Shown here one piece after another: positions 1 to 10,831 of a stretch of DNA of 64,000 nt. A program made the translations under genes and the position numbers. Each line of letters starts with the position of its first letter. The first letter of the stretch is position 1. The stretch spans positions 128,095-192,094 of the forward strand of contig SCUJ01000011.1 of the NCBI GenBank assembly GCA_004297165.1. Reading direction: 5' to 3'. This DNA is from Gammaproteobacteria bacterium. Lineage in GTDB: Bacteria; Pseudomonadota; Gammaproteobacteria; Eutrophobiales; Eutrophobiaceae. A model generated the notes under the pieces. The model had not been told where the DNA came from. It was given only the letters and a program-made list of their open reading frames with translations, and did no database searches.

Positions 1-1722
1 CAGGCAGCAGACGCCGCGGACAATCAGATCGATCTTAACGCCCGCCTGGGAGGCCCGATACAGCGTCTGAATTATCTGCGGGTCCGCGATGGCGTTCATC
101 TTGGCGATGATGCGCGCCTCCTTGCCGGCCAGGGCGTTGTTTGTCTCCGTTTCGATGAGGCCCTGCAGACCCTTGGCGAGGGTGAAAGGGGCCTGCAAGA
201 GTTTTTTCAGTTTGGTCGCGCGGCCCAGACCCGTCAGTTGGTGAAACAGCTTGTTCACGTCCTCGCCCACCGATTTGTCGCAGGTCAGCAGACCGTAATC
301 GGTGTAAAGTCGCACCGTGCGGGAGTGGTAGTTGCCGGTGCCGAGATGGACATAGCGGCGCAGCTTGCGCCCCTCGCGCCGCACCACCAGGATCATCTTG
401 CAATGGGTCTTGTAGCCCACCACCCCGTAGACCACATGCGCGCCGGCCTCCTGCAGCTCGTTGGCGAGTTCGATGTTGGCCTCCTCGTCGAAACGGGCGC
501 GCAGCTCAATCACCACGGTGACCTCCTTGCCCTGGCGGGCGGCGTCCTTGAGCGAGGCCACCACGGCGGAGTCATCGCCGGTGCGATAGAGCGTCTGCTT
601 GATCGACAGGACATTGGGATCGGCGGCCGCCTGGCGCAGGAAATCCACCACCGGGGCAAAGGACTGGAACGGGTGATGCAGCAGGATATCGCCGTGGTGC
701 AAGGTCTCGAAGAGGTCGGCGTTCTTCTCCAACCGCGGCGGTATCTCCGGGGTGAATCCCTTGAATTTCAGATCGGGGCGATCCACCAGGTCGTGGATCG
801 CCGACAGCCGGCTGAGATTCACCGGGCCGTCGACCTTGTACATATCGTCCTCGTGCAGGACGAAGGTGTGCAACAGAAAATCGCTCAGTTCGTCCGGACA
901 GTTGGCCGCGACCTCGAGGCGCACGGCGTCGCTGAAGCGCCTTGAGGGTAATTCACCCTCCAGGGCCCGCAGCAGGTCATCCACTTCTTCGTCATCCACG
1001 AAGAGATCGCTGTCCCTGGTCACCTTGAACTGGTAGAAGCCCGTGACCTTCATCCCCGGGAATAGATCCTCGACATGCGCATGGATTATGGAGGAGAGCA
1101 GCACGAAATCGTGCGTGCCGGAGATATGGTCAGGCGGAATATGCACGACCCTGGGCAGGGATCGCGGCGCCTGCACAATCGCCTGGCGCGCCTCGCGCCC
1201 GAAGGCGTCCTTGCCCTCGAGCGAGATGATGAAATAGAGATTCTTGTTGAGAACGCGGGGGAAGGGGTGGGCCGGATCGAGACCGATGGGGCTCAGCACC
1301 GGACGCACCTCGTCGTTGAAATACCGCTTCACCCAGCGGGTCGTGCCGGGTTTCCAGTCGGCGCGCCGACGCAGGCGGATCCTCTCTGCGGCAAGCGCGG
1401 GGATGATCACCTCGTTCAGCACCCGGTACTGTTCCTTGACCAGTTCATGGGCGAGATCGCTGATGCGTTTCAGGACTTCCGCGGGGGAGAGATTGTCCGG
1501 ACCGGTTTGCACCGAGCGATACTTCACCTGCTGCTTGATGCCGGCGACGCGGATCTCGAAGAACTCATCCAGGTTGGTGCTGGCGATGCAGAGAAACTTC
1601 AGGCGCTCCAGTAACGGGGTGTTTTCATCCTTGGCCTGCTCGATGACGCGCCGGTTGAACTCGAGCGTGCTGAGTTCCCGGTTGATGTACAGCTCGGGAT
1701 TGCTGAGGTTTGCGGTATCCAT
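1..1722 (-). CDS. ppk: Polyphosphate kinase 1 (PPK1), C-terminus truncated by window start
   Basis: Minus-strand translation from the ATG at 1722..1720 gives MDTANLSNPELYINRELSTLEFNRRVIEQAKDENTPLLERLKFLCI..., the canonical PPK1 N-terminus; the frame stays open to position 1 (574 codons). Missing from the ORF track because no stop falls inside the window. Confidence 0.9.
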   Translation of the reverse strand, partial: MDTANLSNPELYINRELSTLEFNRRVIEQAKDENTPLLERLKFLCIASTNLDEFFEIRVAGIKQQVKYRSVQTGPDNLSPAEVLKRISDLAHELVKEQYRVLNEVIIPALAAERIRLRRRADWKPGTTRWVKRYFNDEVRPVLSPIGLDPAHPFPRVLNKNLYFIISLEGKDAFGREARQAIVQAPRSLPRVVHIPPDHISGTHDFVLLSSIIHAHVEDLFPGMKVTGFYQFKVTRDSDLFVDDEEVDDLLRALEGELPSRRFSDAVRLEVAANCPDELSDFLLHTFVLHEDDMYKVDGPVNLSRLSAIHDLVDRPDLKFKGFTPEIPPRLEKNADLFETLHHGDILLHHPFQSFAPVVDFLRQAAADPNVLSIKQTLYRTGDDSAVVASLKDAARQGKEVTVVIELRARFDEEANIELANELQEAGAHVVYGVVGYKTHCKMILVVRREGRKLRRYVHLGTGNYHSRTVRLYTDYGLLTCDKSVGEDVNKLFHQLTGLGRATKLKKLLQAPFTLAKGLQGLIETETNNALAGKEARIIAKMNAIADPQIIQTLYRASQAGVKIDLIVRGVCCL

Positions 1723-1748
1723 GGACGGCCCTCGAATTTCCAAGGGTA

Positions 1749-1772
1749 TTATCACCTGCCGGAAGGTGATAA
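1749..1772. repeat. Perfect 9-bp inverted repeat (TTATCACCT-gccgga-AGGTGATAA) in the phoU-ppk intergenic region
   Basis: Read directly from the sequence. Lies between the phoU stop and the ppk start with no T-tract after it; could be an operator or an RNA hairpin in the ppk 5' UTR. Confidence 0.5.
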
Positions 1773-1821
1773 GGAACCTCCGGATTAATCAAGGGGTTTT
1801 GATCCTGCTTTGCCCTATGCC

Positions 1822-2529
1822 CTAACCCCTGACCTCCTGTTCCATCTGCGCGATGCTGATGTGGCGCACGTCCTTGCCTTCGACCAGATAGATCACGTAT
1901 TCACAGATGTTACGGGAGTGATCGGCGATCCGTTCGAGGGAACGCGCGACCCAGACGGCGTCGATGACGCTGGAGATGCTGCGCGGGTCCTCCATCATGT
2001 AGGTGATCAGCTCCCGCAGGATGGCGCCGTACTGCTCGTCGGATTTCGGCTCCATGCCGGCGGTGGCGAGCGCGGCGCCGGAATCCATCCGGGCGAAGGC
2101 GTCCAGGGCGTCGTGCAGGATGGTCATGGCCAACTGGCCGAGATTGCTGATGCCGACGTAATAGGATCTGCTCCCCTGCTGCTCTATCAGATCGATGGCC
2201 ATGCGGGCGATCTTCTCGGCCTCGTCGCCCACCCGCTCGAGATCGGTGATGGTCTTGATCACGGCGGTGATGAGCCGCAGATCGCCGGCGGTCGGCTGCC
2301 GCCGCGCGAGGATCCGGGTGCATTCCTCGTCGATGGAAACCTCCATCGTGTTCACCTGCACCTCGGTTTCGATCACCGACTGCGCCAGCGCGGAATCCGA
2401 GTTGCTCAATGACTGCATCGCATTTTCGAGCTGCCGCTCCACCAGACCGCCCATGGCCAGCACGCGGCTGCGGACGTCCTCAAGCTCGTTGTCGAACTGT
2501 TTCGAGATGTGTTTGGGTATGCTGCTCAT
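1822..2529 (-). CDS. phoU: Phosphate signalling complex protein PhoU
   Basis: 235 aa; PhoU-family sequence (two PhoU repeats with E/D-rich helices) and the conserved position downstream of pstB. Confidence 0.9.
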   Translation of the reverse strand: MSSIPKHISKQFDNELEDVRSRVLAMGGLVERQLENAMQSLSNSDSALAQSVIETEVQVNTMEVSIDEECTRILARRQPTAGDLRLITAVIKTITDLERVGDEAEKIARMAIDLIEQQGSRSYYVGISNLGQLAMTILHDALDAFARMDSGAALATAGMEPKSDEQYGAILRELITYMMEDPRSISSVIDAVWVARSLERIADHSRNICEYVIYLVEGKDVRHISIAQMEQEVRG

Positions 2530-2553
2530 ATATTTTCCTCGGCGAATAGCCGG

Positions 2554-3438
2554 TTAACCGTAGCGACCGGTGATGTAATCCTCTGTCATCTTGTTTCTCG
2601 GCTTGGTAAACAACGTGCCGGTGTCCCGGTATTCGATCATCTCGCCCAGATACATATAGGCGGTGTAGTCGGAGACGCGCGCCGCCTGCTGCATGTTATG
2701 GGTCACGATGACGATCGTGTAATCCGTCTTCAATTCGTAGATCAGTTCCTCGATCTTCAAGGTGGAGATTGGATCCAGCGCCGAGGCCGGTTCGTCCAGC
2801 AACAAAACCTCAGGCTCGATGGCGATGGCGCGGGCGATGACGAGGCGCTGCTGCTGGCCGCCGGACAGGCCCATGGCGTTGTCGTTCAGGCGGTCTTTCA
2901 CCTCCGGCCACAGGGCGGCGCTCTTCAGGGACCGCTCGACCGCCTCGTCCAGCACCCGGCGGTTGCGGATCCCCTGGATGCGCAGGCCATAGGCCACATT
3001 GTCGTAGATCGTCTTGGGGAAGGGATTCGGCTTCTGGAACACCATCCCGATCCGCCGGCGCAAGTCCGCCACGTTCACATCCTTCCCGTATACGTCGAGG
3101 TCGTGCAGGGCGATGCGGCCGTCAATCCGCACGTTATCAATCAGATCATTCATCCGGTTGAAACACCGCAGCAGGGTTGATTTCCCGCAACCGCTCGGAC
3201 CGATAAAGGCGGTGACCCGCTTTTCAGGGATGGTCATGGAGACGTTGTTTAACGCCTGTTTACCGCCGTAATGCAGATTCAGTCCCTCGACCCGGAGGCA
3301 CACTTTTTCGTTTTCGAGATCCAGTCGGGGTTCATTGCCGATCAATCCCCCCAGATTCATCGCATGCGTCGGGGCTGCCGCGGGGGCATGGCGTTCGCCG
3401 GTGCGATTTTCCAATTCGGTGACATTATTCTGCGGCAC
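2554..3438 (-). CDS. pstB: Phosphate ABC transporter ATP-binding protein PstB
   Basis: Walker [10 protein letters not shown], signature LSGGQQQRL, Walker B LLLDEP; PstB-specific N-terminal extension. Confidence 0.95.
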   Translation of the reverse strand: MPQNNVTELENRTGERHAPAAAPTHAMNLGGLIGNEPRLDLENEKVCLRVEGLNLHYGGKQALNNVSMTIPEKRVTAFIGPSGCGKSTLLRCFNRMNDLIDNVRIDGRIALHDLDVYGKDVNVADLRRRIGMVFQKPNPFPKTIYDNVAYGLRIQGIRNRRVLDEAVERSLKSAALWPEVKDRLNDNAMGLSGGQQQRLVIARAIAIEPEVLLLDEPASALDPISTLKIEELIYELKTDYTIVIVTHNMQQAARVSDYTAYMYLGEMIEYRDTGTLFTKPRNKMTEDYITGRYG

Positions 3439-5077
3439 GGTATTTTTCCCTGAGATTATTGCGGATCTTGATGGCGGCGAGATTCAAGGCGACGATGACG
3501 AGGACCAGCAACAGCGCCGTCGCGTAGACCAGCGGCCGGGCCGCCTCGACGTTCGGGCTCTGGAAGCCGACATCGTAGATGTGAAACCCTAGATGCATGA
3601 ACTTGCGGTCGAGATGCAGATAGGGGAACCCGCCATCCAGCGGCAGGGCCGGGGCGAGCTTCACCACGCCCACCAGCATGAGCGGCGCGACCTCGCCCGC
3701 GGCGCGCGCGATCGCCAAAATCATGCCGGTGAGAATGGCGGGCGCGGTCATCGGCAGCACCGTGCGAAAGAGGGTCTCCGCCTTGGTGGCGCCAAGCGCA
3801 AGGCTGCCTTCCCGGATCGCCAGCGGCACGCGCGAGAGTCCCTCTTCGGTGGCGACAATGACCACGGGCACGGTGAGCAGCGCCAGCGTCAGCGAGGCCC
3901 ACAGCAGCCCCGGCGTGCCGAAGGTCGGATTCGGCAGGGACTCGCGAAACAGCAGTTCGTCTATCGACCCGCCCAGAAAATACACAAAGAAGCCCAGCCC
4001 GAAAACGCCGTAGACCACGGAGGGCACGCCCGCGAGGTTGTTCACGGCAATGCGAATGAGACGGGTGAGGACGCCTTGCCTCGCGTATTCGTGCAGATAG
4101 ATGGCGGCCACGACCCCGAAGGGCGTCACCAGCAGCGCCATGCACATCACCATCAGGACAGTCCCGAAGATGGCCGGGTAGATCCCACCTTCCGTATTCG
4201 CCTCCCGCGGCTCCTCGCTCAGGAACTCCCAGAGTTTGCCCAGATAATGACCTGATTTTTGCGCCGGGCTCATGGCGTTCGGGTAATAGGCGCGGACGAT
4301 CCCGGCGAGCAGGATTTCAGTCTCTTCGCCGGAGGCCGTGACGGCGATCAGGGTCCTCTGGTTCAGGCTTTCATACAAGGACTCGAGATCCGCGACCAGC
4401 CGGTCATAGTCCTGTTGCAGGGCGGCGCTTTCCGCCGCAAGCGCGGCCTCCGGATCCATGCCGCCCTCCAATTGCAGGCGGCGTTCCCGCAGGCGCATGC
4501 GTTCCATGCGGTAATTGATGGCGCCGATCAGGTCCTTTTCGATATGACGGATCTCCGCGAAAATTCCTCCAGCCGCATCGATGCTTGACAGCAACACCTG
4601 CCCCAACGCGGCGCCACCGAGGTCCACCTCGCTGCCCCCCTCCATCAGGCGCCTGGGAAATCCGTAGAAATTCCCCCATTCCCGGCGCTCCAGCACCATG
4701 ATATCCGTGGGATATTCCGGCGTACTCATCTGCGGTTCATTGACCCAACGGAAATCGATGCCGGAGATCTCGCGATTACCGGTCTTGATGAGATAACGAT
4801 CGATCAGGCCATGTCCGGCGGCATCCGAATCCTGCGCCACCTTCGCAATGTCGAGGGTTTCATGCTCGACAATCTCGCCGATCACCCGTTCCCTGGCGCC
4901 GTCCACGTCCGTAAGCTCGAACACGGCGACGTCGGCCGGCCAGAAATGGCCGAGCCCCCGCAACATCAACAGGGCGAGCAGGCCGGCGACCAGGAGGAGC
5001 GAGAGCGAGATGGCGCCGGCATGCAGCCAGATCCAGGGGGCATCTCCGCCCAGCCACGATTTGACCGTCCGGCTCAT
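3425..5077 (-). CDS. pstA: Phosphate ABC transporter permease PstA (long form)
   Basis: 550 aa with a C-terminal ABC permease domain and long N-terminal extension, as in the Pseudomonas-type PstA; its position between pstC and pstB fits. Confidence 0.85.
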   Translation of the reverse strand: MSRTVKSWLGGDAPWIWLHAGAISLSLLLVAGLLALLMLRGLGHFWPADVAVFELTDVDGARERVIGEIVEHETLDIAKVAQDSDAAGHGLIDRYLIKTGNREISGIDFRWVNEPQMSTPEYPTDIMVLERREWGNFYGFPRRLMEGGSEVDLGGAALGQVLLSSIDAAGGIFAEIRHIEKDLIGAINYRMERMRLRERRLQLEGGMDPEAALAAESAALQQDYDRLVADLESLYESLNQRTLIAVTASGEETEILLAGIVRAYYPNAMSPAQKSGHYLGKLWEFLSEEPREANTEGGIYPAIFGTVLMVMCMALLVTPFGVVAAIYLHEYARQGVLTRLIRIAVNNLAGVPSVVYGVFGLGFFVYFLGGSIDELLFRESLPNPTFGTPGLLWASLTLALLTVPVVIVATEEGLSRVPLAIREGSLALGATKAETLFRTVLPMTAPAILTGMILAIARAAGEVAPLMLVGVVKLAPALPLDGGFPYLHLDRKFMHLGFHIYDVGFQSPNVEAARPLVYATALLLVLVIVALNLAAIKIRNNLREKYRAAE

Positions 5078-7350
5078 AAGCTGCCGTATTTTTTGCGCAG
5101 CCGCTGACGCACCACTTCCGCCAGGGTGTTGAACACGAAGGTTACCGCGAATAAAACGAGCGCCGCGAGGAATAGGATCCGGTAATGCGTGCCGGCGACC
5201 TCGGCCTCGGGCATCTCCACGGCGATGTTGGCCGACAGCGCGCGAAAACCCTGGAAGATGTTCATTTCCATGACGGCGGTATTGCCGGTCGCCATCACCA
5301 CGATCATGGTCTCGCCGACCGCCCGGCCGAGTCCGATCATGACCGCGGAGAAAATCCCCGGACTCGCGGTCAGCAGGATTACCCGCACCAGGGTCTGCCA
5401 GGGCGTCGCCCCGAGCGCAAGCGATCCCCCCGTCAGGGATCGGGGCACGCCATAGATCGCATCCTCGCTGATGGAAAAGATGATCGGGATGACCGCAAAA
5501 CCTATCGCCACGCCCACCACCAGGGAGTTGCGCTGATCGAAGGAGATGCCGAAGGTTTCATTCAGCCACTGGGGCATGCTGCCCTGAAAGAGTAAAAGCT
5601 CCAGCGGCTGACTCACGCCGATCGCGAGCCCGATCGCAATCAATATCACCGGGATCAACAGGGCCGCCTCCCAACCCGCGGGGATCCGGTTGCGCAGCCT
5701 GTCCGGGGCCTGGTCCCAGCACCAGGCCGCGCCAAGGATCGCGAGCGGCAGATAGATAAACAACAGGCAGATGCCGGGCAGATGGTTTTCCACGAAGGGC
5801 GCGAACCAGAGCCCGGCGATGAAGCCGAGGACCACCGTGGGCAGGGCCGCCATGACTTCGATCGCAGGCTTGACCATGCCGCGCATGCGCGGCGCCATGA
5901 AATAGCCGGTGTATATCGCCCCCATGATCGCGAGCGGCATGGCGAACAACATGGCGTAAAAAGCCGCCTTGAGCGTGCCGAAGGCCAGCGGCGTGAGGCT
6001 GAATTTGGGCTCGAACTCGCTGCTCGCCGAGGACGATTGCCAGACATACTCCGGTTTGGCCCGGCTTTCATACCAGACCTTGCCCCAGAGCGAGCGCCAG
6101 GAGATCTCCGGGTGCGGATTCTGCACCTGCCAGAATTCAAGTCCCATGTCGCCGCGCTCCACCAGCAGGGCATCGGCGCGCGGGGCGATCGCCCCATGCG
6201 CTAACCGCTCCTCGCCGATCCTCTCCACCCTCAGGGTGCGCTGCGAGGTGGCGTGGTACAGACCCAGCAAACCGTCGGCATCGAGCGCCAGAAATCCCTT
6301 GCGTTGATGCTCGGGAACAATCGCCAGGATCGGCGCCTGCTGGGACGCAAACTGCCGGATCCGGCTCAAGGTGTAGTTGTTGGCCTCGTCCCGGACCGGA
6401 AACCATTGGGTGATGCCACCCTCGGCATCGCCCACCAGGATCGAGATCCCCCCGTTTAGAAAGGCCAGACTGGTGATGGCGACCCCTGGGGGAACCGCCT
6501 GGATCCGCTGCACCAGGCGGGGGGCGCGTTTGTCACCGATGTCATAGAAACTGAGAAAGCCATCCCTGTCCGCGAGATACAGCTCCCGTTGATCCACATC
6601 CATGGCGAGATGCGTCACCGGTTGTTCCGGGACTATCTCGCTGTCGGTGCGGGTCAGCGTGATCTCTCCGGTCAGCATGGATTCCTTGCTGGCGAGACTG
6701 ACCAGGCGCAGACGCCCCAGGTCGTCCAACGCCGCGATCGTGGCCTTGCCGGCGTTACCCTGGGCGGCGAGTTTGCGTATGGCAACCCCGTCATCGGATA
6801 TCTGTACCGGTTCCGATCCGAAAGGCAGGGTTATAGCGGGCGTTATCAACCGGCGATCCCCCGGATAACTCACCTGATATTCATGGCGCGCCAACACGAC
6901 AGAGCCATCGGCATAGGCGAGCGCCAGCAGGGCCTGCGCGGGGTCGCCAGCGGTGAAGGCGACGGGATCCGACCCGGCATCTGGGAACACGGGGATCTGG
7001 TCGATGACCGCAGCCGTATCGGTCTTGAAAAAGATCGCCTCGCCCCGCGTGTTGATCCGCAACCCGATCTCGTGCTGCTCTTCCATGGCGTAATGCCAGG
7101 TTTCACCGGGGCCGGGAACGGGATAGGCCGAGAGCCGGCTGAGCTTCGCCGGCAGGAACATGGGCAGGACGACGTACACCAGATAGAACGCGATCAGGAC
7201 GATGGCGAGGATCACGCTGACGCCGCCGATGGCCATGAGGTGTCTGGTCAGCACATCGCGCAGCGCTCGCATCCGGCGGCGCCGGATCGCCGCGGGCGAC
7301 GTGAAGTCGGGCAGGATACCGGATGCCGCCTTTAAGTCCGTTGTGCTCAT
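5074..7350 (-). CDS. pstC: Phosphate ABC transporter permease PstC (long form)
   Basis: 758 aa; large N-terminal periplasmic region followed by the ABC transmembrane permease core; start overlaps the pstA stop region. Confidence 0.85.
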   Translation of the reverse strand: MSTTDLKAASGILPDFTSPAAIRRRRMRALRDVLTRHLMAIGGVSVILAIVLIAFYLVYVVLPMFLPAKLSRLSAYPVPGPGETWHYAMEEQHEIGLRINTRGEAIFFKTDTAAVIDQIPVFPDAGSDPVAFTAGDPAQALLALAYADGSVVLARHEYQVSYPGDRRLITPAITLPFGSEPVQISDDGVAIRKLAAQGNAGKATIAALDDLGRLRLVSLASKESMLTGEITLTRTDSEIVPEQPVTHLAMDVDQRELYLADRDGFLSFYDIGDKRAPRLVQRIQAVPPGVAITSLAFLNGGISILVGDAEGGITQWFPVRDEANNYTLSRIRQFASQQAPILAIVPEHQRKGFLALDADGLLGLYHATSQRTLRVERIGEERLAHGAIAPRADALLVERGDMGLEFWQVQNPHPEISWRSLWGKVWYESRAKPEYVWQSSSASSEFEPKFSLTPLAFGTLKAAFYAMLFAMPLAIMGAIYTGYFMAPRMRGMVKPAIEVMAALPTVVLGFIAGLWFAPFVENHLPGICLLFIYLPLAILGAAWCWDQAPDRLRNRIPAGWEAALLIPVILIAIGLAIGVSQPLELLLFQGSMPQWLNETFGISFDQRNSLVVGVAIGFAVIPIIFSISEDAIYGVPRSLTGGSLALGATPWQTLVRVILLTASPGIFSAVMIGLGRAVGETMIVVMATGNTAVMEMNIFQGFRALSANIAVEMPEAEVAGTHYRILFLAALVLFAVTFVFNTLAEVVRQRLRKKYGSL

Positions 7351-7417
7351 CGGGCCAGTCTAGCCACCTTATATGACAGTACTGTTAAAGTTATCCGGTA
7401 ATAGATGTTCTCGCCAA

Positions 7418-7490
7418 GGCGCGAAGCCCGCCAAGTAACAGCGAACTTGTAAACCTTGGCGGCTTGGCGAGAGGTCTCTGACAGAAATTG
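7418..7490 (-). other. Nested stem-loops in the pstS-pstC intergenic region
   Basis: Inverted repeats CTCGCCAAG...CTTGGCGAG enclosing CCGCCAAG...CTTGGCGG, read directly from the sequence. Confidence 0.4.
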
Positions 7491-7529
7491 GCAACATTAT
7501 TCATCCATCAGTCTTTCGGATCACGTTTT

Positions 7530-8510
7530 TCATTTGCGCGCCAGCCCGAGGGCATCAAGCTGGCTCGCGACAACCTGCGCCGGGAGCGGGACATAACCGT
7601 CCTTGACCACGACTGTCTGTCCGGTCTTCGAGAGGACCATGCGCAGGAATTCCCCCTCCAGCGGGGGCAACTCCTTGTTGGGTTGTCTATTGACGTAGAT
7701 GTAGAGGAACCGGGCGAGCGGGTAGTTGCCCGCCGTGGCATTTTCCGCGGTTGCCTCGATGAATTCGCCGCCAGACTCGGCGGCAAGGGCCACGGCCCTG
7801 ACCCCGGCGGTACGGTAACCGATGCCGGAATAACCGATGCCATTCCTGGATTTACTGATGGACTGCACGACCGCGGCCGACCCTGGTTGCTCATTCACCG
7901 TATCGCGGAAGTCCCCGTCGCAGAGGGCGTGTTCCTTGAAGTAGCCGTAGGTGCCGGAGGCTGAATTACGGCCGAAGAGCTGCAAGGGACGGTTTTTCCA
8001 GTCGCCCGTCAAGCCCAGATCGCCCCAGGTCCTGACCTCGCTCTCGTAACCGCACCGGCGGGTCTCCGAGAATATGGCATCCACCTGCGCAAGCGAGAGA
8101 CCCGCGATCGGATTGTCCTTGTTCACATACGCCGCGAGGGCGTCGATCGCCACGGGTACGGCCAGCGGTTTATAACCGTAACGATTCTCGAAGGCTGCAA
8201 TCTCGCCGTCCTTCATTTTCCGGCTCATCGGGCCGAAATTCGCTGTGCCTTCGGTAAGCGCGGGCGGGGCCGTGGAGGATCCGGCGGCCTGGACCTGCAC
8301 GCTGACGTTGGGATACAGGCGCTTGAACTCTTCGGTCCAGAAGGTCATGAGATTGGCGAGCGTGTCGGAACCGACGCTGATGACGCTGCCGGAAACGCCG
8401 CTGGCCTTTTGGTAATCCGGCAGCCCGGGGTCCACCTGCGCATCCGCCCTGAGCGGCGCCAGAGTTCCGATAAAGAGGGAAAGCGACAACGTTAGCGATT
8501 TGCCAACCAT
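7530..8510 (-). CDS. pstS: Phosphate ABC transporter substrate-binding protein PstS
   Basis: PBP-superfamily PstS sequence; start chosen at [13 protein letters not shown] (signal peptide) with an AGGAGT RBS upstream. The ORF track extends it 14 codons further. Confidence 0.85.
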   Translation of the reverse strand: MVGKSLTLSLSLFIGTLAPLRADAQVDPGLPDYQKASGVSGSVISVGSDTLANLMTFWTEEFKRLYPNVSVQVQAAGSSTAPPALTEGTANFGPMSRKMKDGEIAAFENRYGYKPLAVPVAIDALAAYVNKDNPIAGLSLAQVDAIFSETRRCGYESEVRTWGDLGLTGDWKNRPLQLFGRNSASGTYGYFKEHALCDGDFRDTVNEQPGSAAVVQSISKSRNGIGYSGIGYRTAGVRAVALAAESGGEFIEATAENATAGNYPLARFLYIYVNRQPNKELPPLEGEFLRMVLSKTGQTVVVKDGYVPLPAQVVASQLDALGLARK

Positions 8511-8530
8511 GTTATTACTCCTAAAAATAT

Positions 8531-9856
8531 TCAAGAATTCGTTGCCACGCACTCATCAGGCGCCGTTTCGCGCAGCGTTCGCGACATCGGAAAACGGCAG
8601 CGGAAGGTGCTGCCCGCGCCCGGCTTGCTCTGAATTTCCAGCATCGCCCCGTGGCGGTCCAGGACATGCCGCACGATCGCGAGCCCGAGACCGGTGCCGC
8701 CCATGTTGCGCGAACGGCCTTTATCCACCCGGTAAAACCGCTCCGTCAGGCGGGGGATGTGTTGCGGCTCGATCCCGATGCCGGAGTCCGAGACCTCCAG
8801 AAGCGCCCCGGTCGCGTCCGCCTGCGAACGAAGCGTGATGGCGCCCCCGGCGGGCGTGTAGGCGACGGCATTCTGGGCGAGATTCAGGATGGCGCCGTAA
8901 AGCTCCTTCCGGCTCCCCCTGAGCCAGAGATCGGGTTCCGCGGCGACGGAGATCGCATGCCGCAGATCGCCGCTCAGCAAGCGGGCCTCGGCGGCAACCT
9001 GGGCGAGCACCTCCGGGATCGGCACCGGTTCGTCTTCCTCGGTCCGGGGAGAAGATTCCAGCGACGCGAGTTGTAACAGGTCCTCGGTGAGGCGCTGCAT
9101 CCGCGCCGCCTGCTCGCGCATCTGCCCGATCTGCCTGTGCAAGGTCGCGGGCTCGGGGAGCGCATCGTTATCGAGACCCTCGAGATAACCGGCAATCACG
9201 GTCAGGGGGGTGCGTAACTCGTGCGAGGCATTGGCAATGAAATCCTTGCGCATCTGATTCACCTGGTGGACGCGCGTGACATCCCGCGCCACCATCAACT
9301 GGCGGGTCTTGCCGTAGCGCGAGACCCGCAACTCCAGGATCAGCGCCGGATTGGCGGGCGCGGCGAGTTGCAAACCGCGATCCGCCTGGGTCTCCCGCAC
9401 GGCGGCGAGATAGCCGGCCAGTTCCGGAACGCGCACCAGATTGGTCAGGCGCAGGCCCGCATCCCGCGGCCACTCGATACCGAGATAGGCGCAGGCCTTC
9501 GCGTTGACCCACTGGATGGCGCCAGCATTATCCATGACCACGACGGCATCGGGCAGGGCTGCCATCGAGGCCTGAAAGCGCTTCAGGTTGCGGGTCAGCT
9601 TCTTCTTGCGCTGCTTGTGGCGCAACCGCAGCAGATCGAATTCCCTGGCGATTTCGTCGATCGTGCCTGACAGTTCCGGAGGCTCGACGGTAGCGCCATT
9701 CTCCATCCACCGGGTCAACAGCCGCAGTTCACGGTAATACCAGAAGACGAAGAGCAATACCCCGGCCAGGAGGCAAAGCAACACATGACCGGCGATCAAG
9801 CCGGTCAGCAGACTGAAGCCGAAGATCGCGAGGAAACGCCAGACATCCGCTTTCAT
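8531..9856 (-). CDS. phoR: Phosphate regulon sensor histidine kinase PhoR
   Basis: TM N-terminus, HisKA motif ASHELRTP and HATPase_c G-boxes; start chosen at [14 protein letters not shown] 25 bp downstream of the phoB stop, whereas the ORF-track start at 10009 would overlap phoB. The stop lies about 20 bp upstream of the pstS start. Confidence 0.85.
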   Translation of the reverse strand: MKADVWRFLAIFGFSLLTGLIAGHVLLCLLAGVLLFVFWYYRELRLLTRWMENGATVEPPELSGTIDEIAREFDLLRLRHKQRKKKLTRNLKRFQASMAALPDAVVVMDNAGAIQWVNAKACAYLGIEWPRDAGLRLTNLVRVPELAGYLAAVRETQADRGLQLAAPANPALILELRVSRYGKTRQLMVARDVTRVHQVNQMRKDFIANASHELRTPLTVIAGYLEGLDNDALPEPATLHRQIGQMREQAARMQRLTEDLLQLASLESSPRTEEDEPVPIPEVLAQVAAEARLLSGDLRHAISVAAEPDLWLRGSRKELYGAILNLAQNAVAYTPAGGAITLRSQADATGALLEVSDSGIGIEPQHIPRLTERFYRVDKGRSRNMGGTGLGLAIVRHVLDRHGAMLEIQSKPGAGSTFRCRFPMSRTLRETAPDECVATNS

Positions 9857-9881
9857 TCGTTCTTCGCTTGGAGTCGGATGG

Positions 9882-10586
9882 TCACTTGTCCGAGAAACGA
9901 TAACCGACGCTGCGCACCGTCTGAATGAAACTATCGAAGCCATGGGGGGCCAGAGTCCGGCGCAGGCGGCGAATGTGCACATCGATCGTCCGCTCCTCGA
10001 TGAAGACATTCTGCCCCCAGACCTGATCCAGCAATTGGGACCGGCTGTAAACCCGCTCGGGATGGGTGATGAAAAAATGCAACAACCGGAATTCCGTGGG
10101 GCTGATATCCACCGCAGCGCCTCCGGCGGTGACCCGGTAGGTGATCGGGTCCAGTTTCAGCCCCCGGAATTCGATCATGCCCTGCGCATTCTCCTGGCCC
10201 CGGCGCCTTAGCACCGCGCGGATGCGGGCCAGCAACTCCTTCGAGGAGAAGGGTTTGGAGACGTAATCGTCGGCGCCGGTGTCCAGTGCCTGGATCTTCT
10301 CGCGCTCATCCGCCTTCGCGGTGAGCATGATGACGGGTATGTCGCGTGTGCCCGGATCCGCGGCCAGTCGCCGGGTGTAATCGAGGCCGCTCATGCCGGG
10401 CAGCATCCAGTCCATCAGGATCAAATCGGGTTTATGGTTCTCTATCAGCGGCCGGGCCGCCTCGACGCTCTCGGCCTCGGCAAATTGATAGCCTTCTTTC
10501 ATCAGGGTGTACCCGATCATCTCCCGGATCGCCGCCTCATCCTCGATGATCATTATTCTGTCATTCATCGTTTCGCCCTGGCTCAT
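9882..10586 (-). CDS. phoB: Phosphate regulon response regulator PhoB
   Basis: REC domain (IMIIEDEAAIREM, D in LILMDWMLPG) plus OmpR/PhoB winged-helix C-terminus; the true start may instead be the internal Met at 10568. Confidence 0.9.
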   Translation of the reverse strand: MSQGETMNDRIMIIEDEAAIREMIGYTLMKEGYQFAEAESVEAARPLIENHKPDLILMDWMLPGMSGLDYTRRLAADPGTRDIPVIMLTAKADEREKIQALDTGADDYVSKPFSSKELLARIRAVLRRRGQENAQGMIEFRGLKLDPITYRVTAGGAAVDISPTEFRLLHFFITHPERVYSRSQLLDQVWGQNVFIEERTIDVHIRRLRRTLAPHGFDSFIQTVRSVGYRFSDK

Positions 10587-10616
10587 CTATACGGCCGTGC
10601 ATTATCTTTCAATAAT

Positions 10617-10634
10617 ATTACAGATTGTTGACAG
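10617..10634 (-). promoter_or_regulatory. Pho box (PhoB binding site) upstream of phoB
   Basis: The minus strand reads CTGTCAA-CAAT-CTGTAAT, two 7-bp direct repeats with a 4-bp spacer matching the consensus CTGTCAT-A(A/T)A(T/A)-CTGTCA(C/T); sits 30-50 bp upstream of the phoB start in the 245-bp region shared divergently with the porin gene. Confidence 0.5.
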
Positions 10635-10831
10635 GCTAAACACAATCCGGGTGGCTATCCGTTCAAATGCGGGGGTTCCTCCACCGTTTCCTGGATGCAA
10701 TGACCGGTAGGCAAGCCGATTTTCATCGTCCGGACATAATTCATTCACAAAGTTGCAACACCACACACCTAAAGTGTCACGCCGAATAACCGCGCACTGC
10801 CGCACCACAATAAAACTGAAGGAGAACTTGC

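Noticed and set aside
238-945. 235-aa plus-strand ORF, and other track ORFs overlapping 1-1722
   Set aside because: They are antisense or off-frame to the clearly recognisable ppk gene on the minus strand; the amino-acid composition is typical of high-GC frame artefacts (Arg/Ala/Gly-rich, no motifs).
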